Positions 15,849 through 25,407 of a stretch of 25,443 nt of DNA are shown here, one piece after another. Location: NCBI GenBank assembly GCA_038247415.1, contig JBBRUX010000051.1, positions 1 to 25,443 on the forward strand, written 5' to 3'. Source of the DNA: Chitinivibrionales bacterium (GTDB lineage: Bacteria > Fibrobacterota > Chitinivibrionia > Chitinivibrionales > WJKA01). Within the stretch, counting starts at the first letter, position 1. Each line of letters begins with the position of its first letter. The position numbers and the translations under genes are program-made. The notes below the pieces were generated by a model. It saw only the letters and a program-made list of their open reading frames with translations, ran no database searches and had not been told where the DNA came from.

Positions 15849-16721
15849 CTAGGCTTTGGCGTGTCCTTGATCGAGAATCTTCTCCGCCACAAATCCCCTA
15901 ATCTTCTCCGAATTGAGTGCAATATTTCCTACTCGAGGAGGGCCGTTTATTTCCTGAGCTGTGGTGATTCCCTTGAGAAGGTGGGAAGGAAAATTCCCGC
16001 TGGTGAGTATCATTGTGCCGATTTCAAAAAGGCTTAATGGTTGGATTCCTCCGCAATGATAAATACCTTTGGCATTATTGATTAATAGTGCCGAAATAAA
16101 TTCGTTGATTTCGTGCGAACGGATTGCGCTGCGGTATTCGTCGGTAAAAAGAGTCACGGGAAGGTTTTTACGAAAGCGTGATCCGATCCAGTCTAAGGCG
16201 CCCTTGTCGCCTGTTAGGGATTCTGCCAGAGGTAGTCCAAGTCGAACGATACATGCGTTAGGACATTTAAGAATTGCTTCTTCGCCACGTGCAAAAGTTT
16301 TGCCAGCAACACTTATTGGATCGATTGGGTCGGTTTCGGCGTAGCCTTTCGGCGGTGGATTGTTTCCAGAAAAAACGAGGTCGGTTGAGAGATGAAAAAT
16401 ATGCGAATTGGTCCCAAAAATTGAAGCAATAATTTCTGCACTTTGGGTATTGAGCGTATGGGCCCAGTGGGGTCGCTCCTCACACACATCTAGATCACAC
16501 ACTCCTGCAGCATGAATTAAATGGGTCGGATTAAAGTGTGTGCAGATTTTTTGTAGGACTGCTGCATCTGTAACACAGCATGATACAATGTTCTCGCCGT
16601 GGGGCAGTTCCATTTTAGGTGATCGGATACCAAAGACCGCAGAATGCCCAAACCGATCGCGAAGGTGGGTAAAGAGTGGCCACCCATGAATTGAGGTTAT
16701 TCCAGTGATTAAAATGCGCAT
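15849..16721 (-). CDS. RmlD-like (dTDP-4-dehydrorhamnose reductase family) SDR with an atypical active site
   Basis: MRILITG, HAAG..D.D.CE, HLSTDLVFSG, LFTDEYRS, GIYHCGG. The YxxxK position reads AGKTF. Confidence 0.8.
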   Translation of the reverse strand: MRILITGITSIHGWPLFTHLRDRFGHSAVFGIRSPKMELPHGENIVSCCVTDAAVLQKICTHFNPTHLIHAAGVCDLDVCEERPHWAHTLNTQSAEIIASIFGTNSHIFHLSTDLVFSGNNPPPKGYAETDPIDPISVAGKTFARGEEAILKCPNACIVRLGLPLAESLTGDKGALDWIGSRFRKNLPVTLFTDEYRSAIRSHEINEFISALLINNAKGIYHCGGIQPLSLFEIGTMILTSGNFPSHLLKGITTAQEINGPPRVGNIALNSEKIRGFVAEKILDQGHAKA

Positions 16722-16851
16722 AGCTGTGCTTTAAAACAAGATTTCAGCGATTATTTAACAGATCCATTATGAAAGGAGAGTGTCGGACGATTATTTTTAA
16801 TGTTACTAAGGTTTAGAAAATACACTCTACGTTTTTATATAAGGAGTTTTT

Positions 16852-18687
16852 ATGCCAATTTTGAGATCTGCAACTACAACACAGGGTAGAAGAATGGCTG
16901 GCGCACGGGCTTTGTGGCGTGCCAACGGAATGAAAGAAAATCAGATCGGCAAACCGATTATAGCTATTGTCAATTCGTTCACACAGTTTGTACCGGGGCA
17001 TGTCCATTTGCAGCATATTGGGCAGCGTGTCAAGAAAGCGATCGACGAACTCGGTTGCTTTGGAGCAGAATTCAATACCATTGCTATTGATGATGGTATC
17101 GCTATGGGGCATAGCGGAATGCTTTATTCGCTTCCGTCACGCGAGCTTATAGCCGATAGTGTTGAATATATGGTTAATGCGCATCAGGCCGATGCGATGA
17201 TTTGTATTAGCAATTGTGATAAAATTACCCCGGGAATGCTCATTGCTGCAATGCGTATTAATATTCCTGTCATATTTGTTTCCGGTGGTCCAATGGAAGC
17301 TGGTCGGATTGGTGAAAAACGCTACGATCTTGTTGACGCTATGGTTAAGGCAGGGGATACGAGTGTCTCCGATGAGGAAATAGCAGCTATTGAAGTTGCA
17401 GCCTGTCCCACGTGCGGGTCGTGTTCAGGGATGTTTACCGCAAACTCAATGAATTGTCTTACTGAGGCGCTGGGATTGTCGTTGCCCGGTAATGGTACCG
17501 TTGTTGCAACGCATTCGAATAGATTCAATTTATTTGATACCGCAGCACGCAGAATTGTTGCAATGGCAGAAGCATGGTATTATCATGATGACGATACTGT
17601 ATTACCACGAACTATCGCCTGCAAAAAATCTTTTGTCAATGCAATGGCTCTGGATATCGCCATGGGTGGATCAACCAATACGGTTTTGCATCTGCTTGCA
17701 ATCGCACGATCTGCAGGTGTCGATTTTACCATGCATGATATCGATGAACTTTCGCGTAAAATTCCTGTTCTTTGTAAAGTTGCTCCGAGTTCATCATACC
17801 ATGTTGAAGATGTCAATCGCGCAGGCGGAATACTTGGCATTTTGGCAGAACTGGATCGTGCAGGACTTTTAGACACTAGTGTCGACCGCATTGATGGGGC
17901 AACGCTTAAAACGGCCCTTTCTGTGTATGATGTCAAGAATAGTGCAGTTTCTCCCGATGCCGTGGCAATGTATAAGAGTGCACCTGGCGGAACTGGTCGT
18001 AACCTTGTTATGGGTTCACAGTCCGCCATGTACGATACACTCGACCTCGATCGGGCGAGTGGGTGCATCCGCGATTTAGAGCATGCGTATTTTAAAGATG
18101 GTGGATTATGTGTTCTGTTTGGAAACATTGCCGAAAAAGGGTGCGTTGTCAAGACTGCTGGTGTTGACCCTTCTATTTTTGAGTATAAAGGTATTGCCAA
18201 GGTGTTCTGCACTCAAGAAGACGCCTGTGAAGGAATTCTCGCCGGTAAAATCGGGGCTGGAGATGTAGTCGTGATTCGCTATGAGGGTCCAAAAGGTGGC
18301 CCAGGGATGCAGGAAATGTTGTATCCAACATCGTATCTTAAGTCAATGCATCTGGACAAGTCTTGTGCGCTTATCACCGATGGGCGTTTTTCGGGTGGGA
18401 CAAGTGGGCTCTCTATTGGGCATGTATCTCCTGAAGCTGCGGCCGGCGGAGCTATTGCGCTCATACAAGAAGGGGATCCCATCGAAATTAATATTCCTAA
18501 AAGGTCAATCAATGTCATGATTTCTGCCAGTGAACTCCAGAAGAGGCGGGATGCAGAATCCGCTCGTGGTGTTAAAGCTTTCAAACCCGATCGTGTTCGG
18601 GTTGTATCGGATGCTTTGCGGGCGTATGCACTTTTCGCATCGTCTGCAGATACTGGTGCTGTTCGCGAAGTTCCAGAAAGTTTATAA
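16852..18687 (+). CDS. ilvD: Dihydroxy-acid dehydratase
   Basis: [76 protein letters not shown]. Confidence 0.98.
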   Translation: MPILRSATTTQGRRMAGARALWRANGMKENQIGKPIIAIVNSFTQFVPGHVHLQHIGQRVKKAIDELGCFGAEFNTIAIDDGIAMGHSGMLYSLPSRELIADSVEYMVNAHQADAMICISNCDKITPGMLIAAMRINIPVIFVSGGPMEAGRIGEKRYDLVDAMVKAGDTSVSDEEIAAIEVAACPTCGSCSGMFTANSMNCLTEALGLSLPGNGTVVATHSNRFNLFDTAARRIVAMAEAWYYHDDDTVLPRTIACKKSFVNAMALDIAMGGSTNTVLHLLAIARSAGVDFTMHDIDELSRKIPVLCKVAPSSSYHVEDVNRAGGILGILAELDRAGLLDTSVDRIDGATLKTALSVYDVKNSAVSPDAVAMYKSAPGGTGRNLVMGSQSAMYDTLDLDRASGCIRDLEHAYFKDGGLCVLFGNIAEKGCVVKTAGVDPSIFEYKGIAKVFCTQEDACEGILAGKIGAGDVVVIRYEGPKGGPGMQEMLYPTSYLKSMHLDKSCALITDGRFSGGTSGLSIGHVSPEAAAGGAIALIQEGDPIEINIPKRSINVMISASELQKRRDAESARGVKAFKPDRVRVVSDALRAYALFASSADTGAVREVPESL

Positions 18688-18691
18688 TGTA

Positions 18692-19342
18692 ATGAAACAA
18701 AAAACACATATTTGCTTGACATCTTTTTTGTCACGTCAGCCAGCTCTGGCGTTTTTAGCGCCAGAGATTAATAAAGCATTTGAGATTCTCGTTGCGGCTG
18801 GAATTAATAAAAAACTTGTAATGGTGTGTGGTAACGGAGGCAGTTCTGCAGATGCTGCCCATATAGTGGGGGAGATGATGAATAAATTCAATTCTCCTCG
18901 TCCGGTTACATCCGACCACGAATGTAAGCTGCGTGCAACAGGCTCTCCCAATGCCGATTATTTGATCGGTAAACTTAATAGAACCGTTGCCACAATAGAT
19001 CTTTCGAGTCAATCTGGCCTTATTTCCGCTATCGCTAATGATGTTGCAGCTGATATGGTGTTTGCCCAGCAAGTGTTTGGCTATGGTAAGCCCGGCGATG
19101 TCCTGATTGCCTTGTCAACTTCGGGCAATAGTCCTAATGTACTGAATGCAGCGGTTGTGGCTCGCGCTTTTGAGATTCCTGTTATTGCATTTACAGGAGA
19201 AAAAGGAGGGAGTCTTGCCCCCGAGGCTACTGTTGCATTTAAGGTGCCTGCGCACTCCTCAGCCCAAATTCAAGAGTTTCATTTGCCCCTTTACCATGTG
19301 CTCTGTGCAATGGTCGAGATTGAGTTGTTTATCCAGGACTAA
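18692..19342 (+). CDS. gmhA: SIS-domain phosphoheptose isomerase (GmhA-like)
   Basis: CGNGGSSADAAHIVGE, IAND, FAQQV, STSGNSPNV, IQEFHLPLYH. Start placed at the ATG at 18692, 4 nt after ilvD. Confidence 0.85.
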   Translation: MKQKTHICLTSFLSRQPALAFLAPEINKAFEILVAAGINKKLVMVCGNGGSSADAAHIVGEMMNKFNSPRPVTSDHECKLRATGSPNADYLIGKLNRTVATIDLSSQSGLISAIANDVAADMVFAQQVFGYGKPGDVLIALSTSGNSPNVLNAAVVARAFEIPVIAFTGEKGGSLAPEATVAFKVPAHSSAQIQEFHLPLYHVLCAMVEIELFIQD

Positions 19343-19359
19343 TGCAGGGCAAAAGTAAA

Positions 19360-19385
19360 CTTGGATAGAGCATAATCTATCCAAG
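19360..19385. terminator. Hairpin between convergent gmhA and porU (possible bidirectional terminator)
   Basis: Perfect 10-bp inverted repeat CTTGGATAGA-gcataa-TCTATCCAAG, with a T-rich tail on the minus strand. Confidence 0.6.
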
Positions 19386-19410
19386 CCTATATACAACTTT
19401 GCTAAAAGAA

Positions 19411-22400
19411 CTATCGTTTCGGCGCCTGTATCACAAGTTTTGTAATAGGGCTTTTATCCGATTGAAGCTCATTGGTAACGGGGTTTCTGGAGGTTGATGT
19501 TATTCTGTAAAGATAGATGTTTGGACCAAGCTGATTGCCGTATTGATCGGTTCCATCCCACACTTCGCCATTAGTGGCATTTTTAAAAACACGAAGCAGC
19601 TTTCCACTGAGAGCATAAATCTTGATGGTGGCATCGAGTTCAGAAACTCCATTGTCAAGCGACGCGGTAGTTCCATAAAAAAAGAATCTCGTACTTTGAT
19701 GAACCCTCATTGGATTTGGGTAATTAAATACGCGAGAGAGACTAAAATTTTGTTCTGGTGAAATAGTCATGGTTATCGTTGCATTTGAAGTGTGTCCTAA
19801 GAGGTCTCGCGCAGTAATAAGCATGCTATAGTCTCCAGGAGGAATTTCATCTTTTTTAAGACTTATAACTACCGATCCCATACGGTAATTACCGTTGGTA
19901 AATTTAAAGTTGTTTTTAACATTGTGTTTTTCCATGAATTGTGGAATTTCTACCATAATGCCTTCTCCGGGGCCATCACCAGAAGCATCGATCCCCGATG
20001 AATCTGAAAGGAGAATTTCTATTTCACCGGGAGTTGCCGTAGTAAGCTTATTGGAAAATGAAACCTGTGCATTTCGTTTCTTGTCGTAATAAACAGGTCT
20101 AACAGAAATCGAAGGACCATTAGTATCGGCTGAAACTCCCGTATCAGAGCCATAAAAGAAGATCGGGAGAGCCCCCGATGCGTTTATCAAGGCATCATTG
20201 CGATAGACAAACGCGGTTATTTTAGCCCCACTTTTATCAAAGGCAACATTACGGGGAACTCGAATTGTCTGATTAAATGAATTGTTAGTAACGGGCACGA
20301 TTCCAGAATACAGGAGGGCTCCAGACATTGCATATTGTGGATTTGAGGTTGAGAGCCCATCTTTACGAAGGGATATTTTATCGGGATTAAAAATATTTAT
20401 TTGAACGCTTGCTGGTTGGGCACCGCTTGAGAATATTCCGTTTCCTGTGCGTGTTGGTGTTATAGTTCCGCCAATGCGAATATTCTGGAGTGCTTTAACT
20501 GTATCAAGTGATACCCCCTGGGTATCTCGTAGTGAAAGATTGACTGAAAAAGAAGGTGCCGCCGGAGCAATTGATGGATCGCCGAGGTAGCAATATTTAT
20601 TATCGGCCGAGGGATATGACATTGCAATTAAAAAAGCTTTGCCAAATGAGGTTGTTGTGGTCGAATCAAACAGGCTCCCATAATAATTGACAGCCAAAGT
20701 AGTATTGCTGCCTGCATAGGATACCCGTGTTGCAGAGATAGCTGCAATCGCGCCCGACGCTGCTTGGCGCACGAGTGCATCGGAGAGGCAACTCTCATCA
20801 GGGGCATCGAACCTGCCTACCGAGCATGAAAATGATGATACAAGAGGATAATGACCTGCGTTTTTAAGGCTGCCAAGTGTTGAGGTTCGTAAGATATGCT
20901 CGTCTGCCCACAATACATCAGCGCCATGACCAAACCAATTGACACATGAGACATTGTCGTTGATGCCGTTGATAAGCGCTCGTGATGCTTCTGGTTTTTC
21001 AAAAAATTGATTACGAGGGTATTCGAAAAGATATACCTTTTTAATGTCAACAGAGGGTGCGCTTTGGCTTACTTTTATTGAAATCTGCTCTGAGCTGTAA
21101 AAGTGATCTAGTATGGGATCTACGCTCGGGCCTTGCATATCATCGTCGGCAACAAGGAGGATTCGGTTTCGCCAAGCCGAATAGTCGGCAAATGCAGGAT
21201 CTTCCATTTCACGGACTTTTTGCACATAGCCCGTGGCTTCTTCGGCCGATTGCACGGGTATTCGGCCAAGGATAAGGCTTGGAATCTGGCTATTTGAGGA
21301 TACGGTATCCAGCCATGCAAAATAATTTTCTAAACAGGTTTTATCTTGCGCTTCGTAAACAGGAATAAATGTGGGTTCATTTTTCTTGAGAATATTTTTT
21401 GGGTCGAAATTGCCGTTTCCCATAAGGACGACATAATCTAATTCTTTCCACGTGTTAAGGGCATACGATAGAAAATTGCGAATCGCACTCGGATCAAGAT
21501 TTCCTCCAGAAAAGTTGCGGTAGATATCTGCAACATCAATAACTTTTGGTGTTGGGTTAGCAAATGTTGCCCATTTCTGCTTGTGCGCTGCCAATGCCAG
21601 TGCCGCTTCTTTAAACAATGAATGCGTTATTATGAGGTAATTGCACGTGATAGGATCGAATGGGTCTATTATAAGCTGCCCTGAGTTTGATGCAGCTGGG
21701 ATGAGCTCTGCCGAAGAAGGAACAGATTGCATGTTTGCCAGGTTGGCTATACAATACTTGTAGCCTTTACCTGTAGAATCTGAAAAGAAAAGTTCTGTAT
21801 TGTTTGACGAAAAGGATACATTCATTACGGTAGTACCTTGTTCGTCATACGTTGATCTTAAAACAACGACATTTGCATTGGTAAGTCCCGAGATTTTATA
21901 GGTTGTAAATCCTGGGGTTGCGGGAGAAAGAATTAAAAGAACATCACGATTTTGTAAGCTTAAATTCATGGTGTAGGATACAATAATGTTGTCAATGTCA
22001 AAGTAGGAGGCATTTGCATTGTGAAGCGCCAGCTTTGCATAAAAGCTTGAAGCTGTTCCCGAAGAAAATGACATTACGGGAATTGGCATATTAAGCGGAA
22101 TTGAAGAACCAAAATATTTTCCGGCAAACGTTAGCGAAAGCTGTTCGTTTCTGCCTTCGTAGGTGTTAACTTGAATAAAGCCAGGTTTTGTAGGAATAAT
22201 ATTGTCCAGAGGAAGTTGTATTGTGAAATCGGAGGCTTTGGGGGTTAACCGATTCCAGATGTAGTCGATGCCGCCAGGAACACTGAAGTATGTATCCCCA
22301 CTCGACGCAGGATCTGTTGGGAGGTTTGTTGCTTGCTTAAATTCAACATACTGAGGAACTGATGTTATGGTATCGGAGACAATCGAATGCGAAGCTTGAA

Positions 22401-23475
22401 TTTCGGAGGAATTTACAAGTGATTGTGCGAGCGTGGTAATCCAGTAGTGGCGAGATGTTTCAAGTCGATTCAGACCGAATTTCCATGAAGCACCAAGCGT
22501 GTCTTTATTCCAATACCAGTCGCAGATTCCTGTTACCGGTGTAAGACAGTAATCGTTATTGTCAAAAAAACCATTGTTATCGAGGTCGTACTTAACAAGA
22601 GGAATTTGTATCGACCCTTGTGGAATGGCGTTAGGGTTGGGTATGTGTGTGGGTAATTCGGCTTTAACAGATGCAAAAAGGGCAAGTGACCCAAGGGGGA
22701 TAGTTCCAAGGCCGGTGCACTGTGCGGCAGTAATCTTTAGTATTCCATTTTCGTTGGTAGTAGTTTCGTTAAAGTTGCCAATGCCATCTCCAATAGTAAA
22801 GTGGATGAGCGGCTTGGTACGGGTAAGGGGAAATGATGCTGCGGTTGTTTTTCGTAGCATTGAACGTGGGGGTATCCAGCGGACAGCGATACTTGCATTA
22901 AGTAACAGAGATGCCCGTGCCTTTTCCCATTCAGATGTTTGAGCATCTTGAAGCACGGTACCAGGTGCATCGGGGAATGTAATTGTGATGGTAGCACGGT
23001 GCAAAACTGTAACTTTGCTTGAGCTTGAATCATAGAGAAAGGGCTTAATGACATATTGCATTACGCGCAATCCCCGCATTGAGGTGCTACGTGCCCAAGA
23101 GAGATAGGATCCTGTAAAGCTTGGATTCCATACTGCGTCTATTCCTTTACTTTTAACAAGAGGGGCCGATAGTTGTTGGGTACCGATTTCGAGCGGTTCT
23201 AGGGAGATTGCGGGCAGGTTTAGTCCCGATGGTGCGCCAATCTGAAAAGCGTATCCGGGAAGTAATGGTTCATCTTTAAGGCCACACTGGGTATTTTGAT
23301 TCTTAAACGAAAGCGATACGGCTGTACCATTTAGATCTGAAACAACTACATCTTTGGTTTCGAAGGTGAATACAAGCTTTTTAGAGGTGTTTTCGAGAAT
23401 CGTTACTTGACTAAAAAGCGAGGTAGCAAGCCCCAATAGTAATATTTGTAAGTATGGAGTGCAAAAGGATCGCAT
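19411..23475 (-). CDS. porU: Type IX secretion system sortase PorU (peptidase C25, gingipain family)
   Basis: Signal peptide; C25 propeptide-like region; IYRNFSGGNLDPSAIRNFL, LGRIPV, ILLVADD, WFGHG (catalytic His), FSCSVGRFD (catalytic Cys), YLGDP; DTNGPSI...DSSGI; C-terminal domain NYPNP...IKIYALSGKLLR...WDGTDQYGNQLGPNIYLYRI...KLVI. Confidence 0.88.
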   Translation of the reverse strand: MRSFCTPYLQILLLGLATSLFSQVTILENTSKKLVFTFETKDVVVSDLNGTAVSLSFKNQNTQCGLKDEPLLPGYAFQIGAPSGLNLPAISLEPLEIGTQQLSAPLVKSKGIDAVWNPSFTGSYLSWARSTSMRGLRVMQYVIKPFLYDSSSSKVTVLHRATITITFPDAPGTVLQDAQTSEWEKARASLLLNASIAVRWIPPRSMLRKTTAASFPLTRTKPLIHFTIGDGIGNFNETTTNENGILKITAAQCTGLGTIPLGSLALFASVKAELPTHIPNPNAIPQGSIQIPLVKYDLDNNGFFDNNDYCLTPVTGICDWYWNKDTLGASWKFGLNRLETSRHYWITTLAQSLVNSSEIQASHSIVSDTITSVPQYVEFKQATNLPTDPASSGDTYFSVPGGIDYIWNRLTPKASDFTIQLPLDNIIPTKPGFIQVNTYEGRNEQLSLTFAGKYFGSSIPLNMPIPVMSFSSGTASSFYAKLALHNANASYFDIDNIIVSYTMNLSLQNRDVLLILSPATPGFTTYKISGLTNANVVVLRSTYDEQGTTVMNVSFSSNNTELFFSDSTGKGYKYCIANLANMQSVPSSAELIPAASNSGQLIIDPFDPITCNYLIITHSLFKEAALALAAHKQKWATFANPTPKVIDVADIYRNFSGGNLDPSAIRNFLSYALNTWKELDYVVLMGNGNFDPKNILKKNEPTFIPVYEAQDKTCLENYFAWLDTVSSNSQIPSLILGRIPVQSAEEATGYVQKVREMEDPAFADYSAWRNRILLVADDDMQGPSVDPILDHFYSSEQISIKVSQSAPSVDIKKVYLFEYPRNQFFEKPEASRALINGINDNVSCVNWFGHGADVLWADEHILRTSTLGSLKNAGHYPLVSSFSCSVGRFDAPDESCLSDALVRQAASGAIAAISATRVSYAGSNTTLAVNYYGSLFDSTTTTSFGKAFLIAMSYPSADNKYCYLGDPSIAPAAPSFSVNLSLRDTQGVSLDTVKALQNIRIGGTITPTRTGNGIFSSGAQPASVQINIFNPDKISLRKDGLSTSNPQYAMSGALLYSGIVPVTNNSFNQTIRVPRNVAFDKSGAKITAFVYRNDALINASGALPIFFYGSDTGVSADTNGPSISVRPVYYDKKRNAQVSFSNKLTTATPGEIEILLSDSSGIDASGDGPGEGIMVEIPQFMEKHNVKNNFKFTNGNYRMGSVVISLKKDEIPPGDYSMLITARDLLGHTSNATITMTISPEQNFSLSRVFNYPNPMRVHQSTRFFFYGTTASLDNGVSELDATIKIYALSGKLLRVFKNATNGEVWDGTDQYGNQLGPNIYLYRITSTSRNPVTNELQSDKSPITKLVIQAPKR

Positions 23476-23495
23476 GGTGGAGTCCTTGAAGGAAG

Positions 23496-23524
23496 TGAAA
23501 TTATTTCATGAAGTGTGTATTATA
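23496..23524 (-). promoter_or_regulatory. porU promoter -10 box and downstream palindrome
   Basis: TATAAT at 23524-23519; palindrome TGAAAT-T-ATTTCA at 23496-23508; AAGGA SD before the ATG at 23475; weak -35. Confidence 0.4.
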
Positions 23525-23631
23525 CTACGAGTAAGTTCTAGTTTTAGCTACACTTTCTAAAAAATACGTTACCCGAAAGAGTTCTCCTAACACAAACGTT
23601 ATTCGTGGGTTAAACAAAGCCGGGAAAGGTG

Positions 23632-24957
23632 CTAATACAGAGCGTGAGCAGCATTTTTAGCATGGTTTTTAATACTCTCAATGGCTTCAATGTTCCAAGA
23701 AGGAAGCTGGGTAATAAAAAAGGTATCGTTGTGCCAGTGATGATTCGTGCGAATATGTGGGAATTTAATTGCATATTCATTAAAAACGAGTGTTTTTGGG
23801 ACGGGCGATAAAAAGACCACCTTTGGAATAATCTGTAAGCTCTGTAGATAATCTATTTCTTTGTGAACATCATCAGGAGTTTGGTCGGGCAAGCCAGCCA
23901 TGACATAAACCCCAATTTGACGCGAACTAAATCCGGCTTTTTTAAGCATAGAGCACGCGTTGGATAATTGTGATTCATTCGCTTTATGCGAAGTGGAGTG
24001 CGCGAACCGGAGATCTGAGGATTCATAACCCAGGCGAATGGTTGTGATGCCTGCACGAAACATAAGTTTGGCGATTGCGGGAGTAATATAGCAGAGGTGC
24101 ATACCGTTTGGCGCATGCAGATAGATAGTAGGGTACTTTTGTATGATAGCCTCTAAAAGTGGCATAAAATGTTCTTCTGCGCGCCAAAGAAGTGCGTCAT
24201 CGAGGAATGCAAAATTGCGCACGGTGCCCGCTTTTACTGCCCAATCAATTTCATCAAGAATAAGCGATTTTGGTCGAACCGTATAGGTATTTCCCAGAGC
24301 CCGACTTGCGCAGTAGGAACAGCTCATGGGACATCCACCCGATGTGAGAATCGGAGCATGATTCATAAGACCCTTAAGCTTAAATGCATTGATAAATGAA
24401 AGCTTGTCGGGGATTTTTAAATGAGGAATACCCGGTGTTTCACCGAGTTTGCCTGGTGCAGTAATTACCGTGTACTTATTGAGTACTTCTGCTACATGCT
24501 CGGGCATGAGTGAAACACAAATCCCCCCAACTACAAGAGGGGTTGTTGGAAAGATTTTTCGGATCGTTGCGATAGTATGTTCGAGTCCGTCAAGCCAGTA
24601 GGACATGGTAGTGCCAACGCATATGATATCTGGTTGCGGTTGAAGACCGAGCAAATAGGATGTGAAAGAATCTTGGGAACAACCATAGCGTTTGTATCGA
24701 CGTTTAAGATCATTAAAGAGTGCCGGTTTTTCGATGACTTCATGGTCAATCGGGCCTGTGGAAAAATGAGTGTTGGCTCCATGTTCGTAGGGTCGTGCAA
24801 TGAGGTCGCACAATGCAACATTATAGCCAGAAAAAACAAGCGCGTCGACGAGGAAATAAAGGCCTGCCGGATGCATCCATTCATCGTAGAGTTTGAAATC
24901 GGTTACCCAGGCATTTATAACAAGGGCAAAAGGATTTGACTTGTTTCCTTGAGTCAA
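23632..24957 (-). CDS. B12-binding-domain radical SAM protein
   Basis: INAWVTDFKLYDEWMHPAGL, PDIICVGTTMSYW, LVVGGI, TSGGCPMSCSYC, FLDDAL, IRLGYES, YVMAGLPDQ. TTG start 3 nt after the thioredoxin stop. Confidence 0.9.
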   Translation of the reverse strand: MTQGNKSNPFALVINAWVTDFKLYDEWMHPAGLYFLVDALVFSGYNVALCDLIARPYEHGANTHFSTGPIDHEVIEKPALFNDLKRRYKRYGCSQDSFTSYLLGLQPQPDIICVGTTMSYWLDGLEHTIATIRKIFPTTPLVVGGICVSLMPEHVAEVLNKYTVITAPGKLGETPGIPHLKIPDKLSFINAFKLKGLMNHAPILTSGGCPMSCSYCASRALGNTYTVRPKSLILDEIDWAVKAGTVRNFAFLDDALLWRAEEHFMPLLEAIIQKYPTIYLHAPNGMHLCYITPAIAKLMFRAGITTIRLGYESSDLRFAHSTSHKANESQLSNACSMLKKAGFSSRQIGVYVMAGLPDQTPDDVHKEIDYLQSLQIIPKVVFLSPVPKTLVFNEYAIKFPHIRTNHHWHNDTFFITQLPSWNIEAIESIKNHAKNAAHALY

Positions 24958-24960
24958 TTT

Positions 24961-25407
24961 TTATTTCTTTTTTTGTAAATCTTGTGGGGTTGTAGGTGCG
25001 GCGGGAGGGGTACTGCTTGTTACTGCAATGACCGAATCGAGGGCTGAAATATAATCTGGTTTGGGTCGGTATCCCATGAGTACTTTGGATACTGCTGCGT
25101 GATCGATAATAATTATTGCAGGGATGGAGGATATATTGAAGTATGAGGCAATGCGTTGGTGAATATCTATGTTGATACGCAAGAAAAGCACTTTCCCATG
25201 ATAGTTTTTTTCTAACTCATTGAGTATGGGCGTAAGCATTTTGCAGGGCCCGCACCAAGGTGCCCAAAAGTCTACTAGCACGGGGATTTTCGAATCGACA
25301 ATCTGGTCGGCAAAATATTTCGATGAGTCTTTGAGAGCAGTAGCAGTTTGAGCTTGCGTTACACTCTGTAAGCACGTCACAAAAATAATAAGGCATAATT
25401 TTTTCAT
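24961..25407 (-). CDS. Thioredoxin (WCGPC) with an N-terminal signal peptide
   Basis: VLVDFWAPWCGPCKML and cis-Pro loop SSIP; leader MKKLCLIIFVTCLQSVTQA-Q; Pro/Thr-rich C-terminal tail. Confidence 0.9.
   Translation of the reverse strand: MKKLCLIIFVTCLQSVTQAQTATALKDSSKYFADQIVDSKIPVLVDFWAPWCGPCKMLTPILNELEKNYHGKVLFLRINIDIHQRIASYFNISSIPAIIIIDHAAVSKVLMGYRPKPDYISALDSVIAVTSSTPPAAPTTPQDLQKKK

Noticed and set aside
16722..16851. Branched-chain amino acid attenuator or T-box upstream of ilvD
   Set aside because: No Ile/Leu/Val-rich leader peptide or terminator hairpin is visible in the 130-nt gap.
17583..18734. Long antisense ORFs (209 aa, 151 aa) over ilvD
   Set aside because: Typical reverse-frame shadows of a conserved gene, with no motifs.
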